A DNA stretch of 58,320 nucleotides from Sporomusa sp. (GTDB lineage: Bacteria > Bacillota > Negativicutes > Sporomusales > Sporomusaceae): contig NZ_DATMXX010000086.1 in the NCBI RefSeq assembly GCF_035561255.1, positions 1 through 58,320 on the forward strand, in the 5' to 3' direction. Numbering within the stretch: the stretch's first letter is position 1; every line of letters starts with the position of its first letter. Of the stretch, positions 29,678 to 40,035 are shown piece after piece. The notes under the pieces were generated by a model. It did no database searches. It was given only the letters and a program-made list of their open reading frames with translations, and was not told the DNA's origin. The position numbers and the translations under genes are program-made.

Positions 29678-30616
29678 ATGTTTGCAACACCCTTGGAATA
29701 TCTGGCTAGATTTAGTCAAGTGGCTGGTCGCGAGATCTGGATTAAGCGGGACGATTGTAATGGTGATATTCTGACCTCAGGAAATAAGCAGAGGAAGCTC
29801 CTAAATCTCTTAAGAGATGCACACAATCACAGTGCTGACGTAGTGCTAACGTCTGGTGGTCCTCAGTCAAACCATGCCAGGGCAACAGCGGCATTAGCGA
29901 TCAAATCCGGGCTGAAACCTGTGCTTGTTTTGGGTGGGGAAGAACCAGAGATCCCTACCGCTAATTACTTACTGAACCGACTTATGAATGTCCAAATGAT
30001 CTTTACCGGTGCAAAAACGCAGGAAGAAATGAATGACGCCGTACATCAACAGGCTGAGAAGCTCAGACGGGACGGGCACACCCCCTATAGTATCCCTGTT
30101 GGTGGCTCAAACGGTATTGGCTCTGCTGCCTATGTCGAGGCTTATAAAGAACTTAAAAGGCAAAATCAAGAAATTGTATTTGACTGGTTGTTTGTTGCTG
30201 CTGGCTCAGGGGGAACTATGAGCGGGCTGTTGATCGGTAAGCATATGTTTGCTGATACAACGCGGATAGTAGGGATTTCCCCGTGGCTACCCGCGGTTCA
30301 AATTAGAGATAAGGTTGACCAATGCATAAAGGAAACCTTATCTGTGTTAGGTGTTGGCATCAAAGTCAACCTGGAGGATATTCTAATTTCTGACGCTTAT
30401 ATTGGTGACGGTTATGGTATTCCCACGCAAGAAGGCATTACTGCTTTAAAACTCTTAGCCCAAACAGAGGCGATCCTGCTTGATTATTCCTATACGTCCA
30501 AAACAATGGCTGCTTGCCTCCAGTATATTGACCAAGGCATTATTAAGCCCTCAGAAAAAGTGCTTTTTTGGCATACTGGCGGAGCACCCAGTATTTTTAC
30601 CCGTGGTATAGAGTAA
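29678..30616 (+). CDS. D-cysteine desulfhydrase/ACC deaminase family PLP enzyme
   Basis: IWIKRDD, SGNKQRKL, QSNHAR, GSGGT, LFWHTGG. Confidence 0.9.
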   Translation: MFATPLEYLARFSQVAGREIWIKRDDCNGDILTSGNKQRKLLNLLRDAHNHSADVVLTSGGPQSNHARATAALAIKSGLKPVLVLGGEEPEIPTANYLLNRLMNVQMIFTGAKTQEEMNDAVHQQAEKLRRDGHTPYSIPVGGSNGIGSAAYVEAYKELKRQNQEIVFDWLFVAAGSGGTMSGLLIGKHMFADTTRIVGISPWLPAVQIRDKVDQCIKETLSVLGVGIKVNLEDILISDAYIGDGYGIPTQEGITALKLLAQTEAILLDYSYTSKTMAACLQYIDQGIIKPSEKVLFWHTGGAPSIFTRGIE

Positions 30617-30698
30617 TGATAGAAAACGGTAATTAAGTTAGTGCAAATGGTGTGTCCCATTTCGACATTGTCAAAATTGCTTTTGGGAGAACAAGAGG

Positions 30699-32294
30699 AT
30701 GCCAGATAACCGTGCAGAATACAATGGTGATAACATGCCTATTCTAGTGGCCCGTTGGGATTGTACAGGCTATGTTGTGAGTATCCTGTATAATGACCTG
30801 CATCTAGGCATGCTACCAAATCAACCTCTCGGCGAAAATTTCCGGGAATTAGGGTTTGAGCCAACAAATTGTGAAAAATGTGAACAGTATTTTAAGCGGG
30901 TTTTGGCTACACCCGGTAAAGTGTTTTTTCAACTACATAGCGGCACGCGGTATTATCATGTTACATATCTACCGGAGTGTAATTGTAAGGGGGAAGTGGA
31001 AACCGTACTTGGAATAGTGCGGGATATGACGCAAGACCAAAGAATTAAAGATGAAATGGCACTGACTCAAATCAAGTTTAAAATGGCGCAGCAAATTGCC
31101 AAACTGGGTTACTTCGAATGGGATAGTAATAATAATGAGCTCTACTGGTCTGATCAACAATATAGAAATTTTGGCTATGCTCCTCAGTCTTTCATTCCGA
31201 CGAGGGAATTCTATCTAAGCCGGATCTACCCGGAGGACTTAAGCATAGTAAATATGACTAATCAGGTAGAGCGGAAGGGGGAGGTGGAATTAGAGTTTAG
31301 AATTATTAGGCCAGATAGATCTGTGGGCTGGCTATGGTCCCGGTGCGAATCTGTTATGGACGAACAAGGCTTTACTACCAGAATATTCGGGACGACTCAG
31401 GATATAACCGAACAGAAGCAGATCGAGACGCGCATTCAAAGAATCGGAAAAGATCTTATTTTTACCAATCACCTGTACAGCCGGAGTGCTTATCTAAATA
31501 AGTTGTTGGTTAATGCCTATTCATCAGAGTATATAACCAAGGCACTTAATGAATTTGGCATTGAAACGAAAGTGGCGCATTGTTGTTTTGTGATTCAATT
31601 GACTCATAGACCGGTAGTTAACGCTGAGGCGCCTGCCGATACTGTAAGTGCTAAGATTGCCGGAAAGCAAGCCGTATTAGTCTGGCTTGCAGAAAAAGAA
31701 ATGGGATGGATCTGGAAATTCAGTGATGATATTGTCCTGTTGATTAATCTGACAGAAGCCGGTATTGGCAGTAAACAAAGTCAAATTGAATTCGCCAACC
31801 AGCTGATTAGTGAAATGACAAAGCTCTTCCCGCATATTTGTGCTAAAATCGGTATTTCGGGTGCTTCGGGAATTCCCATTGATTTTCGGGATATCTATGA
31901 AAAAGCGAACAGGGCGGTTGTTGTTGCAGCGTCTATTAATTGTTGTGCATCGGCAGTTCACTGTGATGATATTGGGATTTATGAGGTTGCTTTTCAATTG
32001 CTCCATGATAAAAATACCTGTGCATTAGTACAAAATACCATTGGACGACTTGCTGAATATGACCAGGCTCGCGGGAGCAACTTATTATTTACTTTAGAAT
32101 TGATACTTGAAGATATGAATTTGAAGATGGTGTCACAGAAGCTTTTTATACACCACAATACGGTCATATGGCGAAAAAGACGGATTGAGGCTTTTTTAGG
32201 GATGTCGTTGGATAAAATGGAAACAAAGGTGCTGCTGATATTGTATTTGAAAATTTGGAAGTTACAAAAGGCAGAGAATGGTGAAAATAGATGA
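30699..32294 (+). CDS. PAS-domain PucR/CdaR-family regulator
   Basis: PAS_3 (WSDQQYRNFG...EFRIIRPD); C-terminal LAEYD...LLFTL...KLFIHHNTVIWR HTH. Confidence 0.8.
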   Translation: MPDNRAEYNGDNMPILVARWDCTGYVVSILYNDLHLGMLPNQPLGENFRELGFEPTNCEKCEQYFKRVLATPGKVFFQLHSGTRYYHVTYLPECNCKGEVETVLGIVRDMTQDQRIKDEMALTQIKFKMAQQIAKLGYFEWDSNNNELYWSDQQYRNFGYAPQSFIPTREFYLSRIYPEDLSIVNMTNQVERKGEVELEFRIIRPDRSVGWLWSRCESVMDEQGFTTRIFGTTQDITEQKQIETRIQRIGKDLIFTNHLYSRSAYLNKLLVNAYSSEYITKALNEFGIETKVAHCCFVIQLTHRPVVNAEAPADTVSAKIAGKQAVLVWLAEKEMGWIWKFSDDIVLLINLTEAGIGSKQSQIEFANQLISEMTKLFPHICAKIGISGASGIPIDFRDIYEKANRAVVVAASINCCASAVHCDDIGIYEVAFQLLHDKNTCALVQNTIGRLAEYDQARGSNLLFTLELILEDMNLKMVSQKLFIHHNTVIWRKRRIEAFLGMSLDKMETKVLLILYLKIWKLQKAENGENR

Positions 32295-32574
32295 AAATCA
32301 AGCAGGAAAAATTACTGTTGTTGTACGGTAACAACAGTCACCAGTTTTTTTTGTACTCTAGTCCACTAGTATTAGCACAGAAAGTATTGTAGAATTATGT
32401 ATGAATTTGAAATAATATGCGGGATTTTGATTGTTAATGAAAAAGCTACTTTATCATATATGTGCAAAATAAGAAGAGAATTTACAATAGGCGGGTTGAA
32501 ACTCACTCGGAATAATTAAGTACCTGGCTTGTTGTATATAAGTTAGGTACTATTTTATTTGAACGGAGGAACAG

Positions 32575-33630
32575 ATGTTTCCGAACCAACACTTATTACG
32601 GGTAGAAGAGCTTAAGCCAGGCATGGTAGTTTCACAACCGGTTATATCTGATACAGGGCAAGTACTGTTGGAACGGGGTATATTTCTTACAGAGGAGTTA
32701 ATTGAGAGTCTTAGCAACTGGCGGGTAATCAATGTGAGCATAGTGCTTCCCTATAAAAACTTATCTTCACAGTGCGGGTTTTTTAGCATCTATAAAGATA
32801 CCCTCGAGTCAGTAGAAAAAACTTTTAAAAAAGTCAGGGCTTTTAAAGAAGTGCCAATTGCCGAGTGTAAAGAGCTGGTTGAAAACTATATTGAACTTAT
32901 TATCAACATTGTAGGTGTCATCGATGATTTGCATAATGTTAAGTCTCATAATGAATATACGTTTAAACACTCGCTCAATGTAGCAATAATTGCTGGGATT
33001 ATTGGCAAATGGATTGGATTTACAGGTCAGAGATTGAAAGATATCATATTAGCAGGGTTGCTGCACGATATTGGTAAAGTATTAATTCCTGAAGACATAC
33101 TGGATAAACCCGGAAAGCTTACACCGGAAGAGATGGCCATTATTAGAACCCATCCTACTCACGGTTATCATCTATTGGACGACTGTCTAGAGATAGCGGA
33201 AGAAGTAAAATTAGGAATACTGCAGCATCATGAACGGGAAGATGGCACTGGTTATCCCCTGGGCTCATCCCAGGGAAACATCCATATCTATGCTAAAATT
33301 GTAGCAATTGCCGATATTTACGATGCAATGAGTACCGAACGGGTCTACCGGAAAAAGATTCCACCCTTTACTGTTGTCGAGAATATTCTTGACCAGATGT
33401 ATGATAAGCTTGATCCGCACATCTGTCTGGTATTTTTGGCACACATCCGTGGATTTTTACTTGGCAGCTCGGTGTTGTTAAATGATGGCAGTAAGGCCAA
33501 AGTAGTATTGCTAAATGGGCTGTTGCGGGTAAGGCCTGTGGTTCAGTTAGAAAGTGGTGATTTAATTGACCTAGACAGAGAAAGGAAATTTGAGGTTGTT
33601 ACGGTACTGGATGAAGTAAACGCGGGATAA
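32575..33630 (+). CDS. HD-GYP phosphodiesterase
   Basis: HSLNVA, LLHDIGK, HHEREDGTGYP, ADIYDAM. Confidence 0.92.
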   Translation: MFPNQHLLRVEELKPGMVVSQPVISDTGQVLLERGIFLTEELIESLSNWRVINVSIVLPYKNLSSQCGFFSIYKDTLESVEKTFKKVRAFKEVPIAECKELVENYIELIINIVGVIDDLHNVKSHNEYTFKHSLNVAIIAGIIGKWIGFTGQRLKDIILAGLLHDIGKVLIPEDILDKPGKLTPEEMAIIRTHPTHGYHLLDDCLEIAEEVKLGILQHHEREDGTGYPLGSSQGNIHIYAKIVAIADIYDAMSTERVYRKKIPPFTVVENILDQMYDKLDPHICLVFLAHIRGFLLGSSVLLNDGSKAKVVLLNGLLRVRPVVQLESGDLIDLDRERKFEVVTVLDEVNAG

Positions 33631-33657
33631 GCAATAAGAGAGATTCCATTCAATAAA

Positions 33658-33740
33658 AGAATATTGGCAAACTTGCTGAAAGGTAAGGACGCAAAGCCAT
33701 GGGTCTAATGAATGTACATTCTATGATTGCCAGGTTGCTA
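33658..33740 (+). ncRNA. c-di-GMP-I (GEMM) riboswitch
   Basis: GGCAAAC-stem-GAAA-stem-GACGCAAAGCC-GGGTCTAA...ATGATTGCCAGGTTGC; followed by terminator 33759-33795, upstream of an MCP. Confidence 0.92.
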
Positions 33741-33758
33741 TTGAACTAACGGAAGTAT

Positions 33759-33795
33759 TCGTCAGCCTTGGCAACAGGCATATGACGATTTTTTT
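33759..33795 (+). terminator. Riboswitch expression-platform terminator
   Basis: TCGTCAGCCT-TGGCAAC-AGGCATATGACGA-TTTTTTT. Confidence 0.75.
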
Positions 33796-33871
33796 ATTTG
33801 TAAGCACATATGCTTGGGCTATTATCTGTGCTTACTCAATATTTGAAAATTAATAAAAGGAGCTTCCAGAA

Positions 33872-35905
33872 GTGAAAATAAAAAAAATTCAGACACACCT
33901 GCTGCTTATCTTGTTGCCACTGGTATTAGTATCCTTAAGCGTGCTAGCCGGGGTTAGCTATTATCTCTCAAACAAATCATTAACAGAGAGCATTGACGAA
34001 ACGGCTATGGCGGTGGGAACTGACTATGCTAATCGTGTGCAGGGTGACATAGAACTCTTAATCTCTCAACTGGAAGGCCTGGCTAGTGTTCAGGGCGTTA
34101 GTGCAGGGGCTGATAAGATTCAGATTGCCCGGGACTTGGCGGAGTTCCAACAGCGAATTAAGAGTTTTGATGCTGTTATTTTTATTCTGCCGGACGGAGC
34201 AGGTATTTCCGGTACTGGCGCTGCAGCTTCCTATGGTGAACGTGATTATTTTAAAAAGGTTATTGCAACAAAGAAATCCGTTGTTTCAGATCCCTTGGTA
34301 TCGAAGGCGACCGGGAAGCTAGCCGTTGTCTTGGCTGTACCGGTCACGAATAATGGTCAATTAACCGGTGTACTTGTCGGAACATTTTCAATGGAGAGAT
34401 TGTCATCCATGATTAGGGATCTACATTTCCTGGATACTGGCTATGGTCAGCTTAGCGATGATTCAGGGCTGATTATCGCCCATCCCAAACGCCCTGAACT
34501 TGCAGGTACACTAAACCTGGCTGAGAAGAAAATAAATCCCGAACTTAAGCTAGAGCAGACTGAACTTGATGATCGTCTGATAAACTTGTTTAAGGAGGCT
34601 GCTCATTCAGGGAAACAGGCCCGGGGGGTATATCGCTTTAATGACAATGTGGAGAGGGTCGGCGTATCCACGCCGGTTGCTTTACCTGGCGGTCAACGCT
34701 GGGTAATGATGGTGGCGGCCCCGGAGGCTGAAGCTACCCGGGCAACAAATACCCTGGCGAGAACCATGCTGATTATTTCAATTGTGTGTTTACTTATTGC
34801 GACAGCAGGTATTATCATGATCGCAAAATATATTGCCAGACCTATTTCCCTGATTCGGGACGAATGCCTGCTACTAGCTCAGGGCGATTTACGGGAGCGT
34901 GAGGCTAAGATTTTCTCCGAAAACGAGATTGGCCAACTGGCCAAAGGCTTTCGGGAGATGCGGGAGAACTTACGCGAGCTTGTCGCCAGGGTACACTCTC
35001 AATCTGAGCAATTAGCTGCTTCGAGTGAAGAGTTGACGGCCAGTGCCGATCAATCGGCACAAGCCGCCAACCAAGTTGCAATTTCCATTACTGATGTGGC
35101 AACAGGGGCGGGTGAACAACTGGCTGCAGCAACTGAAGCCGCAGCGGTGGTTGAAACAATGTCGGCGAGTATTCAGCAGGTTGCGACTACGACCAGTGGG
35201 GTAGCCGGGCAATCAGCGCAGGCTGCCAGTAAAGCTGATGAGGGCAATACCTCTGTAAATAAAGCTGTGCATCAAATGCATCAAATTGAAGAGACTGTCA
35301 ATAGTTCGGCCAAGGTAGTCGCTCAATTGGGTGAACGGTCAAAGGAAATCGGTCAGATTGTTGCAACCATCTCCGGTATTGCCGGGCAAACTAATTTATT
35401 AGCGCTCAACGCGGCTATTGAGGCTGCACGGGCGGGCGAACAGGGACGAGGTTTCGCAGTTGTGGCAGAAGAAGTACGCAAGCTTGCTGAGCAATCCCAG
35501 GAAGCTACTAAGCAGATATCATCCTTGATCGGTGGGATTCAGGGTGATACCGAAAAAGCGGTACAGGCAATGGACGCGGGTACCAGGGAAGTCAAATTGG
35601 GAGCAGCAGTGGTCAATGCTGCTGGACAAGCTTTTCAGGAAATCGTGGTATTGGTCACGCAAGTGTCGGAGCAAGTGAAGGAAATCTCTGTCGCTATTGA
35701 TCAGATGACTATTGGCAGTCAAAAGATTGTTAGTTCGGTGACGCGAATCGACAGCCTGAGTAAAAAGGCGGCTGGAGAAGCCCAGACAGTATCTGCGGCT
35801 ACTGAGGAGCAGTCGGCAACTATGGAAGAGATCGCCTCCTCCAGCCAGAGTCTTGCCCATTTGGCTACAGACCTTCAGGAAGCTGTTAGGAGGTTTCGCG
35901 TGTAA
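33872..35905 (+). CDS. Methyl-accepting chemotaxis protein (dCache, HAMP)
   Basis: Two TM segments, RDYFK...[38 protein letters not shown]. Confidence 0.93.
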   Translation: MKIKKIQTHLLLILLPLVLVSLSVLAGVSYYLSNKSLTESIDETAMAVGTDYANRVQGDIELLISQLEGLASVQGVSAGADKIQIARDLAEFQQRIKSFDAVIFILPDGAGISGTGAAASYGERDYFKKVIATKKSVVSDPLVSKATGKLAVVLAVPVTNNGQLTGVLVGTFSMERLSSMIRDLHFLDTGYGQLSDDSGLIIAHPKRPELAGTLNLAEKKINPELKLEQTELDDRLINLFKEAAHSGKQARGVYRFNDNVERVGVSTPVALPGGQRWVMMVAAPEAEATRATNTLARTMLIISIVCLLIATAGIIMIAKYIARPISLIRDECLLLAQGDLREREAKIFSENEIGQLAKGFREMRENLRELVARVHSQSEQLAASSEELTASADQSAQAANQVAISITDVATGAGEQLAAATEAAAVVETMSASIQQVATTTSGVAGQSAQAASKADEGNTSVNKAVHQMHQIEETVNSSAKVVAQLGERSKEIGQIVATISGIAGQTNLLALNAAIEAARAGEQGRGFAVVAEEVRKLAEQSQEATKQISSLIGGIQGDTEKAVQAMDAGTREVKLGAAVVNAAGQAFQEIVVLVTQVSEQVKEISVAIDQMTIGSQKIVSSVTRIDSLSKKAAGEAQTVSAATEEQSATMEEIASSSQSLAHLATDLQEAVRRFRV

Positions 35906-35984
35906 CATAAACCGGATAGCGCTCGTGCGTGTGCTTCTAAATTTGACATGGATCAATCAGTCTGTTAAAATTAACATTAAAATG

Positions 35985-36033
35985 TGATAATCATTATCAT
36001 ATAATTGACTAGGTGTTAAAGTATGACTGTAAT
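35985..36033 (+). promoter_or_regulatory. Fur box abutting a sigma-A promoter
   Basis: TGATAATCATTATCA (35985-35999); TTGACT (36005-36010), 17 bp, TGTAAT (36028-36033). Confidence 0.75.
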
Positions 36034-36073
36034 ACATATCAAATCGAAATACATTGCAAGGTAGGTAATCCCA

Positions 36074-37426
36074 ATGACACGTTCAGAGCGTAACCGACTG
36101 TCACGCCAGCATAATACTGGTTTTGGACAGAAGGGTGTTTTTATATTCAAAACCGTTATTATTATGTTGTTTTTAGTGCTATTGTCCCCTTTTCTTCAAT
36201 CAGCTATCTCCGGACCTAGCACTTCCCAAGCTCATTCCGGAGAGTTCAATGGCAAAAAGGTACGGTTAGTATGGGAAGCAATCCCGGATGCAGTAGCATA
36301 TCAGATTGTGTTCAGGGATAAGCAAGAACAGGTGGAAAACGAGGATAGTCTTGTAGACAGTACTCTCTATAGGGAAATATATACTCCCGGTGTTGAGTTA
36401 GACACAGCGCTTTTTCCTAAGGGGAAGTCAGTTTGGTGGCAGGTCAGGGCCTTGAATTTAGACCGGGAACCGATTTCCCGGTTTACTGAACCTAAGGATT
36501 TAACAGCAGGTGAGGTTGATCCAACATCACCCTATATTACCGCTCATTTAGATACTTTAACCAGGCTTCCTTTATATCCTACCTATGCCTGGATACCGGT
36601 GCTGAATGCAGATGCCTATGAGGTGCAGATCTTTTCCGGACAAGTTCATCCTGGTAACCTTAAAAAAAGTTATGTCATAAAGGGCTCGTCGTCATTTGAT
36701 TGTTATGACAATGACGCGTTTACAGCAGAAGGAAAATATTGGTGGCGGGTTGTTGCTCTGGATGCCAAAGGGCAGCAGCTGGGAGAATGGTCAGAGGCGC
36801 AACCCTTTACCGTGCAACTGGCGGGGAATGTGGTGGCCGCATTGGGTGACAGCGTTACCCATGGTGGTGGGGCGATTTCTAATCCACCAAGTGATCTGGT
36901 CTACGATTGGACAAGTTCTGTAGGATTTCCGGTAAAAAATTTAGGCCGGAGTGGTGATACAACCAGCTCTATCTCTGAGCGGTTTGACAATGATGTATTG
37001 CCATTTAATCCTAAAATACTTGTGATCATGGGGGGAGTTAATGATATTCGCGGCGGAACCTCGGCGTCAGAAGTAATTGATAACCTGAGCCAAATTAGGC
37101 AAAAGTGTCAGGATAACAAGATTATCCCTGTATTTCTGACACTTACTCCTGTAAACCCGGCGTTGATAAAACGTGCTTTTAACGAGGATACAAGTCCAGA
37201 GTGGCAGGATGAGTGGCTGCAAGTCAACGAATGGGTCAAAGCCCAACCCTACCATATAAATATTGCGCCAATATTTATGACGGCTGAGGGGGTTATGCCT
37301 GGTTACTATGCTACCGATGGATTACATCCCGACAGCAAGGGAAAGGCCTTGATTGGACAGTCTGTTGGTGAATTTCTAAGACAAATGTTTGGTGAATATG
37401 TTAATAAATATAAAACAGCCCTCTAG
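36074..37426 (+). CDS. Exported SGNH/GDSL hydrolase with N-terminal beta-sandwich (FN3-like) repeats
   Basis: ALGDSVTHG, NLGRSGD, GGVND, DGLHP; N-terminal TM; repeated W..(I/V).....Y.+Q+...WWxV.A. Confidence 0.85.
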   Translation: MTRSERNRLSRQHNTGFGQKGVFIFKTVIIMLFLVLLSPFLQSAISGPSTSQAHSGEFNGKKVRLVWEAIPDAVAYQIVFRDKQEQVENEDSLVDSTLYREIYTPGVELDTALFPKGKSVWWQVRALNLDREPISRFTEPKDLTAGEVDPTSPYITAHLDTLTRLPLYPTYAWIPVLNADAYEVQIFSGQVHPGNLKKSYVIKGSSSFDCYDNDAFTAEGKYWWRVVALDAKGQQLGEWSEAQPFTVQLAGNVVAALGDSVTHGGGAISNPPSDLVYDWTSSVGFPVKNLGRSGDTTSSISERFDNDVLPFNPKILVIMGGVNDIRGGTSASEVIDNLSQIRQKCQDNKIIPVFLTLTPVNPALIKRAFNEDTSPEWQDEWLQVNEWVKAQPYHINIAPIFMTAEGVMPGYYATDGLHPDSKGKALIGQSVGEFLRQMFGEYVNKYKTAL

Positions 37427-37451
37427 TGAGGGCTGTTTTTTTATCACTTAT

Positions 37452-38336
37452 TCACTGCAGGAGATGCTTTTTGGCAAAGCTGAGCCACAATTGGGCGGCA
37501 TGCGATAAATGACGCCCTTTTTTCCATATCACAGATAATCTATGCCATATTTGCGGACAAACCAACGGGATAGCTGTAATTGCTTTAGTATCAAGCTCTG
37601 AACATAGTTTGCTGGCTAGAAATGCAATACCCAGGTTGGCTACTACGGTTTGAACCATAAGGTCTCGCTGTGAGGTTTCAAATATAATCCGTGGCTGAAA
37701 CCCCGCAATCTTGCAGTGACTGATAATCTCGTCATGCAGGCTAAAGTCGTCACGGTAAATGACAAATGATTCATTTGCGAGAGCGGATAAAGTAAGTTCA
37801 CTGTTGGCACTTAGTGGATGCTGGACATTAATGATAACGTTGAGCGGATCATTGGTAAGTGAAAAAAACTCGTGGACTGTAACATCAGGTACGCTGCAAA
37901 TGATGCCAAAGTCCAGGGTGCCTTCTTGAATGGCCAGCTCTATTTTCTTGGACCCATATTCGTATAATTCAATATCAATTTGTGGATATTTATTCCTAAA
38001 TTCACCAAGTAATTGAGCAAAGACGGTAGCTTCGGTGATAGGGGGCAGGCCGATAACTATTTTCCCTTTTTCTAATTTGAACTCGCTTTCAAACTCACTG
38101 GTCAGGTTATCAAACAAGGAGACTACTTGCTGCGCTTTCTCAAAGAAGATAATACCGGCATCTGTTAGTTGCACCGATTTGGAATTGCGATTAAGCAAGG
38201 CAACCCCTAATTCAACCTCTAAGTCTTTGACCATTTTGCTAATTGCAGATTGTGATATATGGTTTATGTTGGCTGCTTTACTGAAATTTTTCTGACGTGC
38301 GACCTCGACAAAGTATTTTAGATGGTGAATATCCAT
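37452..38336 (-). CDS. cidR: LysR-family regulator, CidR-like
   Basis: MDIHHLKYFVEVAR..NFSKAA...SQSAISK HTH; divergent from cidA/lrgB. Confidence 0.85.
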   Translation of the reverse strand: MDIHHLKYFVEVARQKNFSKAANINHISQSAISKMVKDLEVELGVALLNRNSKSVQLTDAGIIFFEKAQQVVSLFDNLTSEFESEFKLEKGKIVIGLPPITEATVFAQLLGEFRNKYPQIDIELYEYGSKKIELAIQEGTLDFGIICSVPDVTVHEFFSLTNDPLNVIINVQHPLSANSELTLSALANESFVIYRDDFSLHDEIISHCKIAGFQPRIIFETSQRDLMVQTVVANLGIAFLASKLCSELDTKAITAIPLVCPQIWHRLSVIWKKGRHLSHAAQLWLSFAKKHLLQ

Positions 38337-38475
38337 AGAGCACCCCCTTGCCATTAGTATACTATCTAATTTAGTTATAATGAATATCTAAACTATATAT
38401 TTTACTTATAGTTTGTCTGTATGTAAAATGATATTCAACTACAATTTATCTTTTAGCAAGAAAGGTGGGAATAAG

Positions 38476-38835
38476 ATGGCAATGAAATTAAAAGCGATAA
38501 CCTGGCAATTGTTTGTGCTTTCGCTCATTTCCTTTATGGGGGACAGTATAGTTCAATGGTTTCACCTGCCGCTGCCTGGCAGTGTTGTGGGAATAGCCAT
38601 TTTATTCGCCTTATTAAGCGCTGGTATTGTCAAAGTAGCTCAGCTGCAGATGGTTACCGGTTTTTTACTAAAGCACATGGCATTCTTTTTTGTACCCATC
38701 ACTGTAGGCCTGATGAATTACTGGGATTTCTTTTATTTAAATGGAATAGGGCTGTTTGGCTCAATGGCAGTTAGTTTGTTGATTGCCTTTCTGGCTTTTA
38801 GGGTGACTGGGCCAAAAGAGAAAAGGGGAGAATGA
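38476..38835 (+). CDS. lrgA: CidA/LrgA family membrane protein
   Basis: LPLPGSVVG, LLKHMAFFFVPITVGLM. Confidence 0.88.
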   Translation: MAMKLKAITWQLFVLSLISFMGDSIVQWFHLPLPGSVVGIAILFALLSAGIVKVAQLQMVTGFLLKHMAFFFVPITVGLMNYWDFFYLNGIGLFGSMAVSLLIAFLAFRVTGPKEKRGE

Positions 38836-38836
38836 G

Positions 38837-39529
38837 ATGGAATATATAACTACCTTATCATTGATTATACTGACTTTTGTGTCATACATGTTCAGCCGTT
38901 TCCTGTTTATGCGCTACAACAACCCGTTATTGAATGTAGTTATCATAAGCTCGGCGTTGATCGTGGCCGCTCTCTTCTTACTTCACTTGCCTTATGCGGC
39001 TTACCGGCCAGGAAAAGAGATTATGACAATATTACTTGGTCCTACCACTGTTGCGTTGGCAGTACCTTTATACAACAACAGGGATATTCTGAGGAAGAAT
39101 CTGGTAACCGTGGTTTTGGGGGTATGTCTGGCTTCTTCATTAACCTCAATTACAGCCATGAGTATTACCCAGATGATGGGGATGCCAAGAGATATTGTTG
39201 TCTCAATTGGTTCTAAATCTGTTACCGCACCGATAGCGGCACAGGTTGCAGAGGTAAATGGCGGTGATCCGGACCTGGCGATTGCTTTTGTGGTCGTTAC
39301 CGGTGCATTGGGTGCAATTGCCGGACCAACACTATTGACGCTGCTGAAGATTACTAATCCAATTATTCGGGGGCTGGCAATGGGCACTACTGCGCACGGG
39401 CAAGGAACTGCAACTGCATTGATGGAAGGCGAACAGCAGGGACTTATGGCAGGAATAGGAATGACGTTATCGGCAGTGATTACCTCAACCCTGTTTCCGG
39501 TATTAGTTTCTATCCTATGGCATAGCTGA
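38837..39529 (+). CDS. lrgB: LrgB family protein
   Basis: LLGPTTVALAVPLY, KSVTAPIA, GLAMGTTAHGQGTA. Confidence 0.92.
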   Translation: MEYITTLSLIILTFVSYMFSRFLFMRYNNPLLNVVIISSALIVAALFLLHLPYAAYRPGKEIMTILLGPTTVALAVPLYNNRDILRKNLVTVVLGVCLASSLTSITAMSITQMMGMPRDIVVSIGSKSVTAPIAAQVAEVNGGDPDLAIAFVVVTGALGAIAGPTLLTLLKITNPIIRGLAMGTTAHGQGTATALMEGEQQGLMAGIGMTLSAVITSTLFPVLVSILWHS

Positions 39530-39607
39530 CCCACATCTTCATAACATCTTCACAAAGAAGGTGTATACTATAAATAGTAAGAAAGAAGCAACGGAGTGAT
39601 GACACAT

Positions 39608-39697
39608 ATGATGTGGATTTTATTTTTACTTAACTTATTCGTAGTTATTTATGTTGTTAGTATAATTGCCAGGATGAAAGCGAGCGAGGATAATTAA
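39608..39697 (+). CDS. Small 29-aa single-TM protein, absent from the ORF track
   Basis: MMWILFLLNLFVVIYVVSIIARMKASEDN*, with GGAGTG SD, TATACT -10 at 39564 and a downstream hairpin. Confidence 0.6.
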   Translation: MMWILFLLNLFVVIYVVSIIARMKASEDN

Positions 39698-39702
39698 CAC
39701 AC

Positions 39703-39759
39703 AAAATCCGTTCTTTTGCTTTAATGTGCAGCATATTAAGGCAAACTAGAACGGATTTT
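39703..39759. terminator. Long terminator-like hairpin
   Basis: AAAATCCGTTCT-TTTGCTTTAATGTGC...GCATATTAAGGCAAA-CT-AGAACGGATTTT. Confidence 0.7.
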
Positions 39760-39829
39760 CGTTTCTATCACTGAAATTATTTTGAACGCTCCACCGATGG
39801 CGCTTGATTTCCGCTTTTGCCCAACACAT

Positions 39830-39864
39830 CACCTGCCTGCAAAACTTTAACGCGTAGTATATAG
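39830..39864. repeat. Dispersed 35-bp repeat, copy 1 (possible MITE/IS end)
   Basis: CACCTGCCTGCAAAACTTTAACGCGTAGTATATAG, 34/35 identical to 48586-48620. Confidence 0.85.
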
Positions 39865-40035
39865 ATTGTGACAAAAATCTTTTTGTTTAAACTATGTGTG
39901 GATAACCAAGTTTGAATTCTTTGGCCGGGGAACTGTTTTTTAGCGGATATCATTTGCAGGATAACGATTGCTTAATCTATAATATTGTTAAAGAGAAAAT
40001 GAGAAGCCGCTATGTAGAAGAGAGGAAATTGCACA

